A stretch of 52,543 nt of DNA, taken from assembly GCA_023254435.1 (NCBI GenBank), contig JALRLM010000116.1, forward strand, positions 1-52,543. Reading direction: 5' to 3'. The notes beneath the pieces were generated by a model. It saw nothing but the letters and a program-made list of their open reading frames with translations. It did no database searches and was not told the DNA's origin. Positions 27,712 through 36,279 of this stretch are shown here, one piece after another. The position numbers and the translations under genes were made by a program. The DNA comes from Hydrocarboniphaga sp. (GTDB taxonomy: Bacteria; Pseudomonadota; Gammaproteobacteria; Nevskiales; Nevskiaceae). Every line of letters starts with the position of its first letter. Positions within the stretch are counted from its first letter, which is position 1.

Positions 27712-29133
27712 CTAGAAGAAAATGGTGGCGTTGACGAGCAGATTCAGGGCCTCGCCGGTATCCGATTCGTAAACCACCGCGCTCGGATGATCGACGTAGC
27801 TCATGCCCATGTTCAAGTACACGCCGGCCGTAGCGCGCAGGCTGTACGACAGGGTGACGGCCGTGCTGTTGTCGTGCGTCATCAGACCGGCGGCCTGCGC
27901 GCTGGCCACGCGCACGTCGCTGAACACGTTGTGCACGGCGACCAGCGAGATCATGTCGCGCGGCCGCGAATCGAACAGGCCGATGGCGTAGACGCGAGCC
28001 TCGTAGTATTCGCTGAAAGTGCTCATCTCCGGCGGCGCGTACATGTACGACAGACCGGCGTAGATGCCGCGATATGCCGAGGCCGCCGAGTCGGGCGATT
28101 TCTGCCACAGCTGGCGATCGGCCAGCGCGTAGTTGACGTAGTTGCCGTTGCGACGCTCGCCGGGATTCTCGAAATCGTTGAAGTCGCTGTTGTTCCAGAG
28201 CCGTCCCGCGCGCAGCCAGGTCTGAGCCTTGTGCGGTGCCGCCGGGCGCTGATAGCCGAGCTCCTCGATCAGCAGGCGGCCGGCGTGCGGCACGTCGAAG
28301 TCGAGCGCGCCGGGATTCTCCTGCTCCTCCACCACCGTGCCGTCGGGGCTGATGGCGCGCTGGATGCCGAACTTGTTGTAGAAGTTCGAGGTGAAGTTGA
28401 GCTTGATGTTGGCGCCCGGCGTGGCGAACAGGCCGCTGCTCATGCCGCCTTGATACGGCAGGCTCGCCTGAGGGCCGAAAGCGCCGCCGGCGAGGCTGCC
28501 GCCGACGAAAGTGCCGACGAACTCGTAGTTGTTGGCGAGCCAGCCGAACTTCAGTTCGAGCTTGCGATTGAACAGCGTCTGGTAATACGAGGCAGTGGCG
28601 ATCGCCAGCGTGTTCGGGCCCAGCGGATTCCAGTTGGTGTAGGTCTTGGTGCCCATCAGCGCGATCTGGCCATCGGGGATACCGTGACGGCTCAGGTCGT
28701 AGGTGACCATGAGGAAGTTCGCGGTTTCGAACGTCGGCTTCTGGCCCGCGTAGACCTGGCGTCCGCCCACGGTCTCGCCGTTGTCGAGCGTGTTGTAGAA
28801 GAACGGGTTGTAGCTGTAGCCCCAGTAGCCAAAGCCGTGGTCGGCGAGCTTGGAACGAAAGCCGCCGATGTCGGGATCGAGCGAATCGGCCGGCGCGCCC
28901 AGCGAGATGTTGATGCCCTTCCAGCGGTACTTCTCGAACTTGGCGTAGGGGTTGGCCGGTGCCGGCGTCGGCGCGGCGGCGGGCGCTTTCGAGCTGTCGG
29001 TCTGCGCGAGCTGCGTATCGGCTTCTTCGGCGGCGACGGCGCTGCCGCCGAACAGCGCGGCGCACAGCAGCGAGCGGCTCAGCGCGGGCAGGGCGGCCGA
29101 TCGCCTGGACGGCCGTTGATTCTGGGATTGCAT
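27712..29133 (-). CDS. OprB-family (carbohydrate-selective) porin
   Basis: Start MQSQNQ after GGAGGAG; signal peptide; YALADRQL and YYEARVY..G.F.SRPRD; terminal Phe. Confidence 0.8.
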   Translation of the reverse strand: MQSQNQRPSRRSAALPALSRSLLCAALFGGSAVAAEEADTQLAQTDSSKAPAAAPTPAPANPYAKFEKYRWKGINISLGAPADSLDPDIGGFRSKLADHGFGYWGYSYNPFFYNTLDNGETVGGRQVYAGQKPTFETANFLMVTYDLSRHGIPDGQIALMGTKTYTNWNPLGPNTLAIATASYYQTLFNRKLELKFGWLANNYEFVGTFVGGSLAGGAFGPQASLPYQGGMSSGLFATPGANIKLNFTSNFYNKFGIQRAISPDGTVVEEQENPGALDFDVPHAGRLLIEELGYQRPAAPHKAQTWLRAGRLWNNSDFNDFENPGERRNGNYVNYALADRQLWQKSPDSAASAYRGIYAGLSYMYAPPEMSTFSEYYEARVYAIGLFDSRPRDMISLVAVHNVFSDVRVASAQAAGLMTHDNSTAVTLSYSLRATAGVYLNMGMSYVDHPSAVVYESDTGEALNLLVNATIFF

Positions 29134-29294
29134 GGATACTCCTCCGAGCTTTCTAGTAGTAGTGCGTGCTGTGAATGCGATGCAGCGGAAAAATGAAGTG
29201 CTTGCGCGAAGCGTGAGCATCCGCGCGGCCGGCGATCCGCCGACCGCGTGATGGATGCGCTGCCGTTGCGAAAAGTCGCGGCCGTGCGCGGCGA

Positions 29295-30683
29295 TCAGTT
29301 GCCGGCGGCGCTCGCGAAGCGCTCGCGCAGGCCGGCGCGATAGCCTTTCATCGACAGCGCCAGCAGCGTGCAGCCGACGGTGCCGGCGATGCCGACGACG
29401 ACGGACAGCGACCAGCCGACCATCTTCGGATCGGCGAACACGAAGTCGGTCATCACGCCGACCAGCGTCGGCGCGATGCCGAGGCCGATGATGGACAGCG
29501 AGGCGAAGTACAGCGCGCCGACGAAGCCGCGCAGGCCCTCGGGCGCCACTTCCTGCAGCGCCGCCGAGCACAGCGACAGCGGCAGCGTGTAGACGAAGGT
29601 GATCGCGCACAGCGTGGCCAGCGTGAGCCAGTAGGTGGGCATCATCGGCAGCGCGATCGCCACCGGTATCGTCAGGCCAGTGCCGAGCACCACGGTGCGC
29701 ATCACCGCGTCCTCGTGGCCGCGTGCCTTGAAGTAGCGATTCAGCGACGGCCCGGCGAGCATGCCCAGCGCACCGCCGGCCAGCGCCGCGCAGCCGAACT
29801 GGATGCCCACCTGCGAGATCGGCGCCGCGAACTTGCGGATCAGCAGCGACGGACCCCAGGCCGGAACGGCGTAGATCGCCACCACGTGCAGCGACACGCC
29901 GGCGATGAACAGCACGTAGAAGCGCGCGCGCTTCCACACGTAGGCGAAGCCTTGCGCGGTGGTGAACTTGGCGTGTTCGTCGCTGGACTTGAGCACGCTC
30001 TGCGTGCGTGGCGGCTCGGCCACCGTCAGCAGCAGCACGATCGGCACCAGGCCGCCGGCACCGACGATCAGGAAGGTCATCTGCCAGGGCAGCAGCGTGC
30101 CCACCAGCGGCAGCGTGATCGACCCCACTTCGCTGAGCGCACCGACGATGAGGCCGCCGAAGATCAGCGCCAGGCCACCGCCGATGAAGGTGCCCGAGAG
30201 CATGATGCTCATCGCGCGCGGCAGGTTCTCGCGCGAGAAGTAGGCCGCGATCAGCGACACCGCGCCCGGATACACGGCCGATTCGGCCGCGCCGACGCCG
30301 ACGCGCGAGAAGAACAGCTCGGTGTAGCTGTCGGCGACGCCGGCCCACATGGTGCTGAAGCACCAGATGACGCCGCAGCCGAGCAGGATGTTGCGACGGT
30401 TGCCGCTGTCGATCCAGCGGCCAGCCGGCAGCGCGATCAGCACGTAGACCGAGGTCAGCGCCACGCCGATGAGCAGGCTCATCGAGGTGTCGTTGAGCGT
30501 GAAGTGCTCCTTGATCGGGCCGACCAGCAGGTTGATGAGCTGGCGGTCGATAAAGGACACCGCCTGCAGCATCGCCAGCACCACCACCACGTACCAAGCG
30601 TAGGCGCTGTCGCGCCGATGGGCGTGCCGTGTGGACCCGGCCGCCTCGTCGAAGCTGCCGCCGACCTCGTAATGAACCGTCAT
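29295..30683 (-). CDS. MFS transporter (paralog of 18751..20100)
   Basis: Start MTVHYEV after GGAGGAG; FIDRQLINLLVGPIK, RVGVGAAES and SLIAAYFSRE motifs. Confidence 0.88.
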   Translation of the reverse strand: MTVHYEVGGSFDEAAGSTRHAHRRDSAYAWYVVVVLAMLQAVSFIDRQLINLLVGPIKEHFTLNDTSMSLLIGVALTSVYVLIALPAGRWIDSGNRRNILLGCGVIWCFSTMWAGVADSYTELFFSRVGVGAAESAVYPGAVSLIAAYFSRENLPRAMSIMLSGTFIGGGLALIFGGLIVGALSEVGSITLPLVGTLLPWQMTFLIVGAGGLVPIVLLLTVAEPPRTQSVLKSSDEHAKFTTAQGFAYVWKRARFYVLFIAGVSLHVVAIYAVPAWGPSLLIRKFAAPISQVGIQFGCAALAGGALGMLAGPSLNRYFKARGHEDAVMRTVVLGTGLTIPVAIALPMMPTYWLTLATLCAITFVYTLPLSLCSAALQEVAPEGLRGFVGALYFASLSIIGLGIAPTLVGVMTDFVFADPKMVGWSLSVVVGIAGTVGCTLLALSMKGYRAGLRERFASAAGN

Positions 30684-30837
30684 GACCTGCTTCTCCTCCA
30701 GTGTGCGCCGCTTTCGGAAGCGGTCGTCGATATGGCGAAGGGTGTCGCCGCGCATGCGGCGCGAAAGGCCCCGATATGGAGTCTGGCCCCCTTCTGTGTA
30801 CGGATACTACACCCGATAATTTTTTTATCAATATTTA

Positions 30838-30848
30838 TGTATACGGAT
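30838..30848. promoter_or_regulatory. GTATAC box (TGTATACGGAT) upstream of the MFS-porin-Rieske operon; identical 11-mer at 31056-31066
   Basis: AT-rich promoter region; repeated motif. Confidence 0.5.
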
Positions 30849-31109
30849 ATGTATCGACTGGTATTCGTTGAAAGTCGCGCCCGACAAGCCCCGACGCGAC
30901 GACGAATCGCGGGTGGTTTGGAGAAACGGGTTTTAGATCAGTGGCGTGCAGCCGTGGCGAACGGTGCTTCGGCGCCTTGCGCGCCGGCCTCGGGCTGAGC
31001 TTGGAGAAATCGGGTGACGAGCAGCCGCGATTCGCGAGCGCTGTTCAGGCTCGGCTGTATACGGATTCGTTGCGAAAGCGCCGTGCGGGCAAGGCCGGCG
31101 CGGCAGGCT

Positions 31110-31529
31110 CTAAAGTGCGCGCAGCACCCAGCCGAGCCCGACACCGCAGGCCAGGCCGAAGGCATAGGCCCAGAGCGCCCAGCGATAGCGCAGCTTCATG
31201 CGCATCTGGCCGCTCAGATGATCGAAGTGGCGCCAGGTCGACCGATGCGTCTGCGGGCGCGGAAACGGTTCCAGGTCCAGCGTGCGTTCGTCGATGCGCC
31301 CGTAGGTCGGGGTGCCGGCGTCCGCGATGGCGATCGGAATGCTGTTGAACAGGCTGCCGCCGGTCGGTGCTGCTGGGGCCCGATGCGGTGTGATGGGCGA
31401 GCCCGTGTCGTGTGGGCTCGAAGTGCGCGGGACGTCCTTCCTGGCGTCGGTGTAGAAAGCCGCATCCGCGGCGTGCTGCTCGCCCAAGGACCACGCTTCC
31501 GGCAGAACCCGGACGCCGTGACTGGACAT
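31110..31529 (-). CDS. Hypothetical protein with a C-terminal membrane anchor
   Basis: ATG after GGGAGAG; hydrophobic C-terminal helix WALWAYAFGLACGVGLGWVL. Confidence 0.5.
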   Translation of the reverse strand: MSSHGVRVLPEAWSLGEQHAADAAFYTDARKDVPRTSSPHDTGSPITPHRAPAAPTGGSLFNSIPIAIADAGTPTYGRIDERTLDLEPFPRPQTHRSTWRHFDHLSGQMRMKLRYRWALWAYAFGLACGVGLGWVLRAL

Positions 31530-31688
31530 GATCGAATCTCTCCCCCCGGAGTGAGGCGGCAAGACTACGCCTGTCCCGCAAGCTTGGGAATTGCCTTGAG
31601 GCAAGTCTCCCAAGTACCGGCGGTCAGTCGGATTTGCGCCGGTCGTCGGTAATTCGGAGTCCTCTATGCGTGGGCATCGCCCTGGACT

Positions 31689-33053
31689 TCAATTGCCGAA
31701 CAGCCGGTGCAGCAGAGCCATCTTGTCCTGACGCACCGTGAGGTCGTCGGCCAGGATGCCGCCGGTGTTGTAGCTGTTGGGCGTGTAGGTCCAGTAGAAG
31801 GCGCTGCGCAGGTTCTTCTCGATCAGATAGTCCACGAGCGCGTCCTGCCAGATGCGGTCGGCCTGGCCCGAGGGGCCGGTGCCGTAGAAGCCGCCGAATT
31901 CGCCGAGCACCACGGGATACTGCTCCGAAAACTGGCCGAACAGGCGCTCCCAGTCGGCCTCGAGATTGGCTGGGAAATCGGGCGCGGAAAAACTGCGCTT
32001 GGGATATTCGTAGAGCGCGTCGGGGCCGTAGGTGTGCGGCGTCAGTACCAGCTTGCCGGTCGGTATGGCCAGCGGCTTGTAGGCCTGGGGCTGAAAGTTC
32101 TCGCCCCAGTTCATCTCCAGGCTGCTGTCCTCGACGCCGTCCCAGTTCTGCACGATGCCCTGCACGAAGATCAGCAGGCGCGGATTGGCGTCGAGTATGG
32201 CCGCCGAGGCCTGCTCCACGGCCAGCTTCCAGTCGGACTTCTCGGCATAGGCCCAGACGTCGCCGGGACCCCAGCGCGTGACGCCGTTGGGTTCGTTGTA
32301 GACGTCGATGCCGATGAAATGCGGCAGATGCGCGTAGCGCCGCGCGACGAACACCAGGTCGCGCATCCAGTCGGCGGTGGAATAAGCCTCGCCATTCCAG
32401 GTCTCGGCCCATTTGCCGGGCGCGTAGGCCATGGGGTCGTCGTTGTACCAGGTCATGTACTGGTTGACGTGGCTGTTGCCGTGAAAGTCCATGAGCACGT
32501 AGAGGCCCTGGCGCTCGGCTTCGGCCATCCAAAGATCCAGCACTTCGAGCGGCGTCTTGCCCTGCAGGTCGGCATTGAGCGTGGGCTCGACCCAGGTCGG
32601 CAGGTCGACGCCGACGCGCATCGTGGAATACAGCGTCTTGGGAATGTAGGGCAGGCGCACGGCGTTGAAGCCCAGGTCTTTCACCTGCTGGATCTGCTCC
32701 TTCCAGCCCATGGTCCACAGGTATTGCGGGATCAGGATGTTGGCGTTGAAGCCGTACATGTTGATGCCGCGCAGCTGCACTTCATTGCCGGCTTCGTCGA
32801 GGATGCGCGGGCCATCGGTGCGATAGCCCGTGAGCGTCGGTGCCGGATCGCCGGGGACGGGATCGGTGGGCACGGGCTCCGTGGGCGCGGGATCGGTCGG
32901 CACCGGCTCCGGCAGCGGATCGCTGGGCGCGGGATCGACCGGCGCGGGCGCCGTCGGCTCCGGCGTGGCGCTCGAATCGGCGCCGCCCGAGCCGCCGCCG
33001 CAGGCGCTCAGCCACAACAGTCCACTCAGCCCCAGCGCGCGCAGCCACGACAT
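31689..33053 (-). CDS. GH5 glycoside hydrolase (endoglucanase-like) lipoprotein with Pro-rich linker
   Basis: Lipobox LSAC; LRGINMYGF, GFNAVRLP, YNEP acid/base, PHTYGP and GEFGG nucleophile. Confidence 0.9.
   Translation of the reverse strand: MSWLRALGLSGLLWLSACGGGSGGADSSATPEPTAPAPVDPAPSDPLPEPVPTDPAPTEPVPTDPVPGDPAPTLTGYRTDGPRILDEAGNEVQLRGINMYGFNANILIPQYLWTMGWKEQIQQVKDLGFNAVRLPYIPKTLYSTMRVGVDLPTWVEPTLNADLQGKTPLEVLDLWMAEAERQGLYVLMDFHGNSHVNQYMTWYNDDPMAYAPGKWAETWNGEAYSTADWMRDLVFVARRYAHLPHFIGIDVYNEPNGVTRWGPGDVWAYAEKSDWKLAVEQASAAILDANPRLLIFVQGIVQNWDGVEDSSLEMNWGENFQPQAYKPLAIPTGKLVLTPHTYGPDALYEYPKRSFSAPDFPANLEADWERLFGQFSEQYPVVLGEFGGFYGTGPSGQADRIWQDALVDYLIEKNLRSAFYWTYTPNSYNTGGILADDLTVRQDKMALLHRLFGN
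32830..32970 (-). repeat. Coding Pro/Thr/Asp repeats (xDPAP/EPVPTDP) forming a linker
   Basis: PVDPAPSDPLPEPVPTDPAPTEPVPTDPVPGDPAPT with recurring 15/30-nt units. Confidence 0.75.
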
Positions 33054-33064
33054 CGACGATCCCC

Positions 33065-33097
33065 AAAAAAAGACGAGCCGCGACTTTCGCGGCCTCT
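33065..33097 (-). terminator. Terminator-like hairpin plus T7 immediately upstream of the GH5 start
   Basis: Minus strand reads GCCGCGA-AAG-TCGCGGC-TCGTC-TTTTTTT-GGGGA-TCGTCG-ATG. Confidence 0.6.
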
Positions 33098-33289
33098 CGC
33101 CAGGGTCATCGGCCGGTAGGCGTCATTGTTGAAGTCGCTGCGGGGCGAAAACTTGAGAAAACTTCGATAAGGCTTAGACGGCGACTCTGCCCCGCGCCGG
33201 CCTGACTCCGAGCCTGCTGATGCGACTTCACGCGCCGCGACGCAGGCCGCTCACGCAAGCCGCAAGCCGGGCAACGGCGTCAGCAGGCC

Positions 33290-34090
33290 CTAATCCCAGC
33301 GTGGCGCCAGGCTGGACGGATTGGCCAGGCGCTGGCCGCGGTCGAGTGCGGCGATGGCCTCGATGTCCTCCGCGCCGAGCTGCAGCGTGCAGGCGCCGAG
33401 GTTGCTTTGCAGATTGGCGCGCTTCGTCGACGACGGAATCACCGCGTAGCCCTGCTTCATCGCCCAGGCCAGCGCCACCTGCGCCGGTGTGGCGCCATGG
33501 CGCTGCGCGATGCCGCGCAGCACGGCGTCGTCCATCACCTGGCCGACGGCCAGCGTCATGTACGACGTCAGGTGTATGCCGGCGCCGCGCATGAAGTCGG
33601 CCAGCTTGCGGTTCTGCAGGTAGGGATGCAGCTCGACCTGGTTGGTGGCGATGTTGTCGGCGCCGACCAGGGCGATGGCCTGTTCCAGCAGCGCGATGTT
33701 GAAGTTGGAGACGCCGAAGGCGCGCGTGAGTCCGGCTTCGCGGGCCTGCATCAGCGCCTCGAACGTTTCGGCCAGCGGTACGCCGTGCGGCGAGGGCCAG
33801 TGGATCAGCAGCAGATCAACATGATCGCTGCGCAGCTTGCGCAGGCTCTCGCGCAGGCTGGGCATCAGCTTGTCGCGCGACAGCTTGTCGACCCAGACCT
33901 TGGTGGTCAGAAACAACTCGTCGCGCGGCACGCCGCTGTCGGCGATGGCCTGACCGACCTGGGCCTCGTTGTCGTAGATCTGCGCGGTGTCGACGAGGCG
34001 ATAACCCAGCTCGAGCGCATTGCGCACCGAGTCGGTCACCACCTGATCCTTCAAGCGAAACGTGCCGATGCCAAAAGCCGGTATGCCCAT
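33290..34090 (-). CDS. dkgB: 2,5-didehydrogluconate reductase B (aldo/keto reductase)
   Basis: [24 protein letters not shown] and [10 protein letters not shown] characteristic of DkgB. Confidence 0.85.
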   Translation of the reverse strand: MGIPAFGIGTFRLKDQVVTDSVRNALELGYRLVDTAQIYDNEAQVGQAIADSGVPRDELFLTTKVWVDKLSRDKLMPSLRESLRKLRSDHVDLLLIHWPSPHGVPLAETFEALMQAREAGLTRAFGVSNFNIALLEQAIALVGADNIATNQVELHPYLQNRKLADFMRGAGIHLTSYMTLAVGQVMDDAVLRGIAQRHGATPAQVALAWAMKQGYAVIPSSTKRANLQSNLGACTLQLGAEDIEAIAALDRGQRLANPSSLAPRWD

Positions 34091-34332
34091 GAGTCTCCCG
34101 TGACGCCGTGCCCTGATGTTCGCGGTTCGCGCGGGGGCTGCGGGTCATTGTCGGCGCCGCAGGTGAGCGCGCCCCGAACGCAGGCGAACCGTTTTCGCTT
34201 CGATGGGGACGGCATGGAGCGATTTCAACCGTTGCTGGCGGCGGCTTGCGGGCCGCATCTTCACGCGGTCTTCAATGTTGTTGCCCACAGTGCCCATGCC
34301 GATTCCTGCCCATCGGCCTCAGGAGCGTCACC

Positions 34333-34923
34333 ATGCTTGCCCCCTCTCATGTGAATGGCGAATCCACCCGCCGCATCCCGACTTCGAAAGCCGCGCCGCG
34401 GCTCTGGCTGGCCGGCGCCGCCCTGGTCCTGCTGTCGGCCTGCGCGACGCCCACCACCTATCAGCCCGCGCAGAGTGACAAGGGCTACGGCTATACCGAA
34501 ACCAAGATCGCCGAGGATCGCTATCGCATCAGCTTCAAGGGCAACACGGTCACGCCGGCCGAAACCACGCGCAACTACGCGCTGCTGCGCGCGGGCGAAC
34601 TGACGCTGCAGCACGGCGCCGACTGGTTCCAGATCGTCGGCAAGAACACCGACAAGGACGAGCGCCAGGTCGGCGGCGGCCCCGACGTGTTCGTGGCCCC
34701 GCAGACCGCGGTCTACCAGCGCTGCGGCCTGATCCGCTGTGACGCCGTGGTGACCACCACGCCGGGCTTCGTCGATCCGGGCATGCCCTCGACCACCGCC
34801 ACGCAGTACACCTCGGACCTGACCGTGGTCATCGGCAAGAACCCGATGCCGGCCTCGGTGGAGTCGTACAACGCGCGCGAACTGGTGGCCAACCTGCGGC
34901 CGCTGGTCTACGGCAAGAAGTAA
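34333..34923 (+). CDS. Uncharacterised lipoprotein (CC0125/CC1285-like)
   Basis: AGGAG RBS; lipobox LSAC-ATPT.YQP; GYTE..I..DRYRISFKGN and YALLRAGELT. Confidence 0.75.
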   Translation: MLAPSHVNGESTRRIPTSKAAPRLWLAGAALVLLSACATPTTYQPAQSDKGYGYTETKIAEDRYRISFKGNTVTPAETTRNYALLRAGELTLQHGADWFQIVGKNTDKDERQVGGGPDVFVAPQTAVYQRCGLIRCDAVVTTTPGFVDPGMPSTTATQYTSDLTVVIGKNPMPASVESYNARELVANLRPLVYGKK

Positions 34924-34937
34924 TCCGCTCGCGTCTG

Positions 34938-34970
34938 CGCATCGAGCCCGGCAGGTCCGGGCTCGATGCG
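34938..34970. terminator. 14-bp perfect hairpin after the lipoprotein gene
   Basis: CGCATCGAGCCCGG-CAGGT-CCGGGCTCGATGCG; weak T-tail. Confidence 0.55.
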
Positions 34971-35050
34971 TCTCTGATGCCTTTTGGACTATTTGGGGCC
35001 TGGCGCCGGCCTGCTAGGCTGCGCGTCCTTTCTTCGTTGTCGTCTCCGCC

Positions 35051-36256
35051 ATGACCCGCCCGCTCGCCGTGATTCTGCTCGCGGTGATCCTCGACGTATC
35101 CGGCATCGGCCTGATCATGCCGGTGCTGCCCGAGCTGCTGCGCAGCGTGTCGGCGCCCGGTGCCGACATTTCGCTGCCTTACGGCCTGCTGCTGTCGCTG
35201 TACGCGTTCATGCAGTTCGTCTTCGCGCCCGTGCTGGGTGCGCTCAGCGATCGCTACGGACGCCGCCCCGTGCTGCTGCTGTCGCTGGCCGGCGCGGCCG
35301 TCGACTACCTGATCATGGCCTTCAGCCCGACGCTGTCGGTGCTCGTGGTGGGCCGCGTGATCGCGGGCATCACCGCCGCGAGCATGGCCGTGGCCACGGC
35401 CTACATTGCCGACATCACCGAGGAATCGCAGCGCGCGCAGCGCTACGGCTGGCTCAGCGCCTGCTTCGGCATCGGCTTCGTCGCCGGCCCGGCGCTGGGC
35501 GGCCTGCTGTCGGACTATTCGGCGCGCGCACCGTTTTTGGCCGCGGCCGCGCTCAACGGACTCAACTTTCTGCTCGCGCTGTTCGTGCTGCCCGAGTCGC
35601 ATCGCCGCGATCCCACGCAGCCACGCGCGCCGCTGCGTTGGCGCGAGCTGAATCCGGCCGGCGCCTTTTTGCGCCTGGGCGCGATGCGCACGCTGCTGCC
35701 GATGGTGGCGATCTACTTCGTGATCTATCTGGTGGGCCAGCTGCCGCCGTCGATCTGGGTGCTCAACGGCGAGCAGCGCCTGGGTTGGGACAGCCGCGCC
35801 ATCGGCCTGTCGCTGGCGGGCTTCGGCATCGTGCATGCGCTTGTGCAGGCGCTGCTGACGGGGCCGGCGACGAAGCGCCTGGGCGAGCGCGGCACCATCG
35901 TGCTGGGCCTGCTGGCCGATGGCTTCGGCTACTTCGCCATGGCCTTCATCACCCAGGGCTGGATCGTGTTCGCGCTGATGCCGGCCTTTGCCATCGGCGG
36001 CCTGGCGCTGCCACCGCTGCAATCGCTGATCTCGGCGCAGGTGGACGAAAACCGCCAGGGCGAACTGCAGGGCACGCTGGCCGCGCTGGTGGCCGTGAGC
36101 GCCATCGTCGGGCCCATCGTCATCACCACGATCTACGCTGCCAGCCTGCCGTTCTGGGCCGGCGCGGTGTGGCTGCTGGGGCCGCTCGGCTACCTGGCCT
36201 GCGCTCCGCTGCTGCTGAGGCGCCTGGGTTCGCTCAAGCGTCGAAGCGACGGCTAG
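35051..36256 (+). CDS. TetA-like (TCR/Tet, DHA1) MFS efflux antiporter
   Basis: GIGLIMPVLP, LSDRYGRRP (motif A), AYIADIT, GFVAGPALGG and QGELQG motifs. Confidence 0.85.
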   Translation: MTRPLAVILLAVILDVSGIGLIMPVLPELLRSVSAPGADISLPYGLLLSLYAFMQFVFAPVLGALSDRYGRRPVLLLSLAGAAVDYLIMAFSPTLSVLVVGRVIAGITAASMAVATAYIADITEESQRAQRYGWLSACFGIGFVAGPALGGLLSDYSARAPFLAAAALNGLNFLLALFVLPESHRRDPTQPRAPLRWRELNPAGAFLRLGAMRTLLPMVAIYFVIYLVGQLPPSIWVLNGEQRLGWDSRAIGLSLAGFGIVHALVQALLTGPATKRLGERGTIVLGLLADGFGYFAMAFITQGWIVFALMPAFAIGGLALPPLQSLISAQVDENRQGELQGTLAALVAVSAIVGPIVITTIYAASLPFWAGAVWLLGPLGYLACAPLLLRRLGSLKRRSDG

Positions 36257-36279
36257 TCTGGCGACCGAGCCGCAACGGC

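Noticed and set aside
27712-30831. 1039-aa ORF as a giant porin fusion
   Set aside because: The upstream portion is off-frame over the MFS gene; the porin has its own RBS and signal peptide at 29133
32830-32970. Short repeats as CRISPR or a non-coding tandem array
   Set aside because: In-frame Pro-rich linker with no spacers and no cas genes
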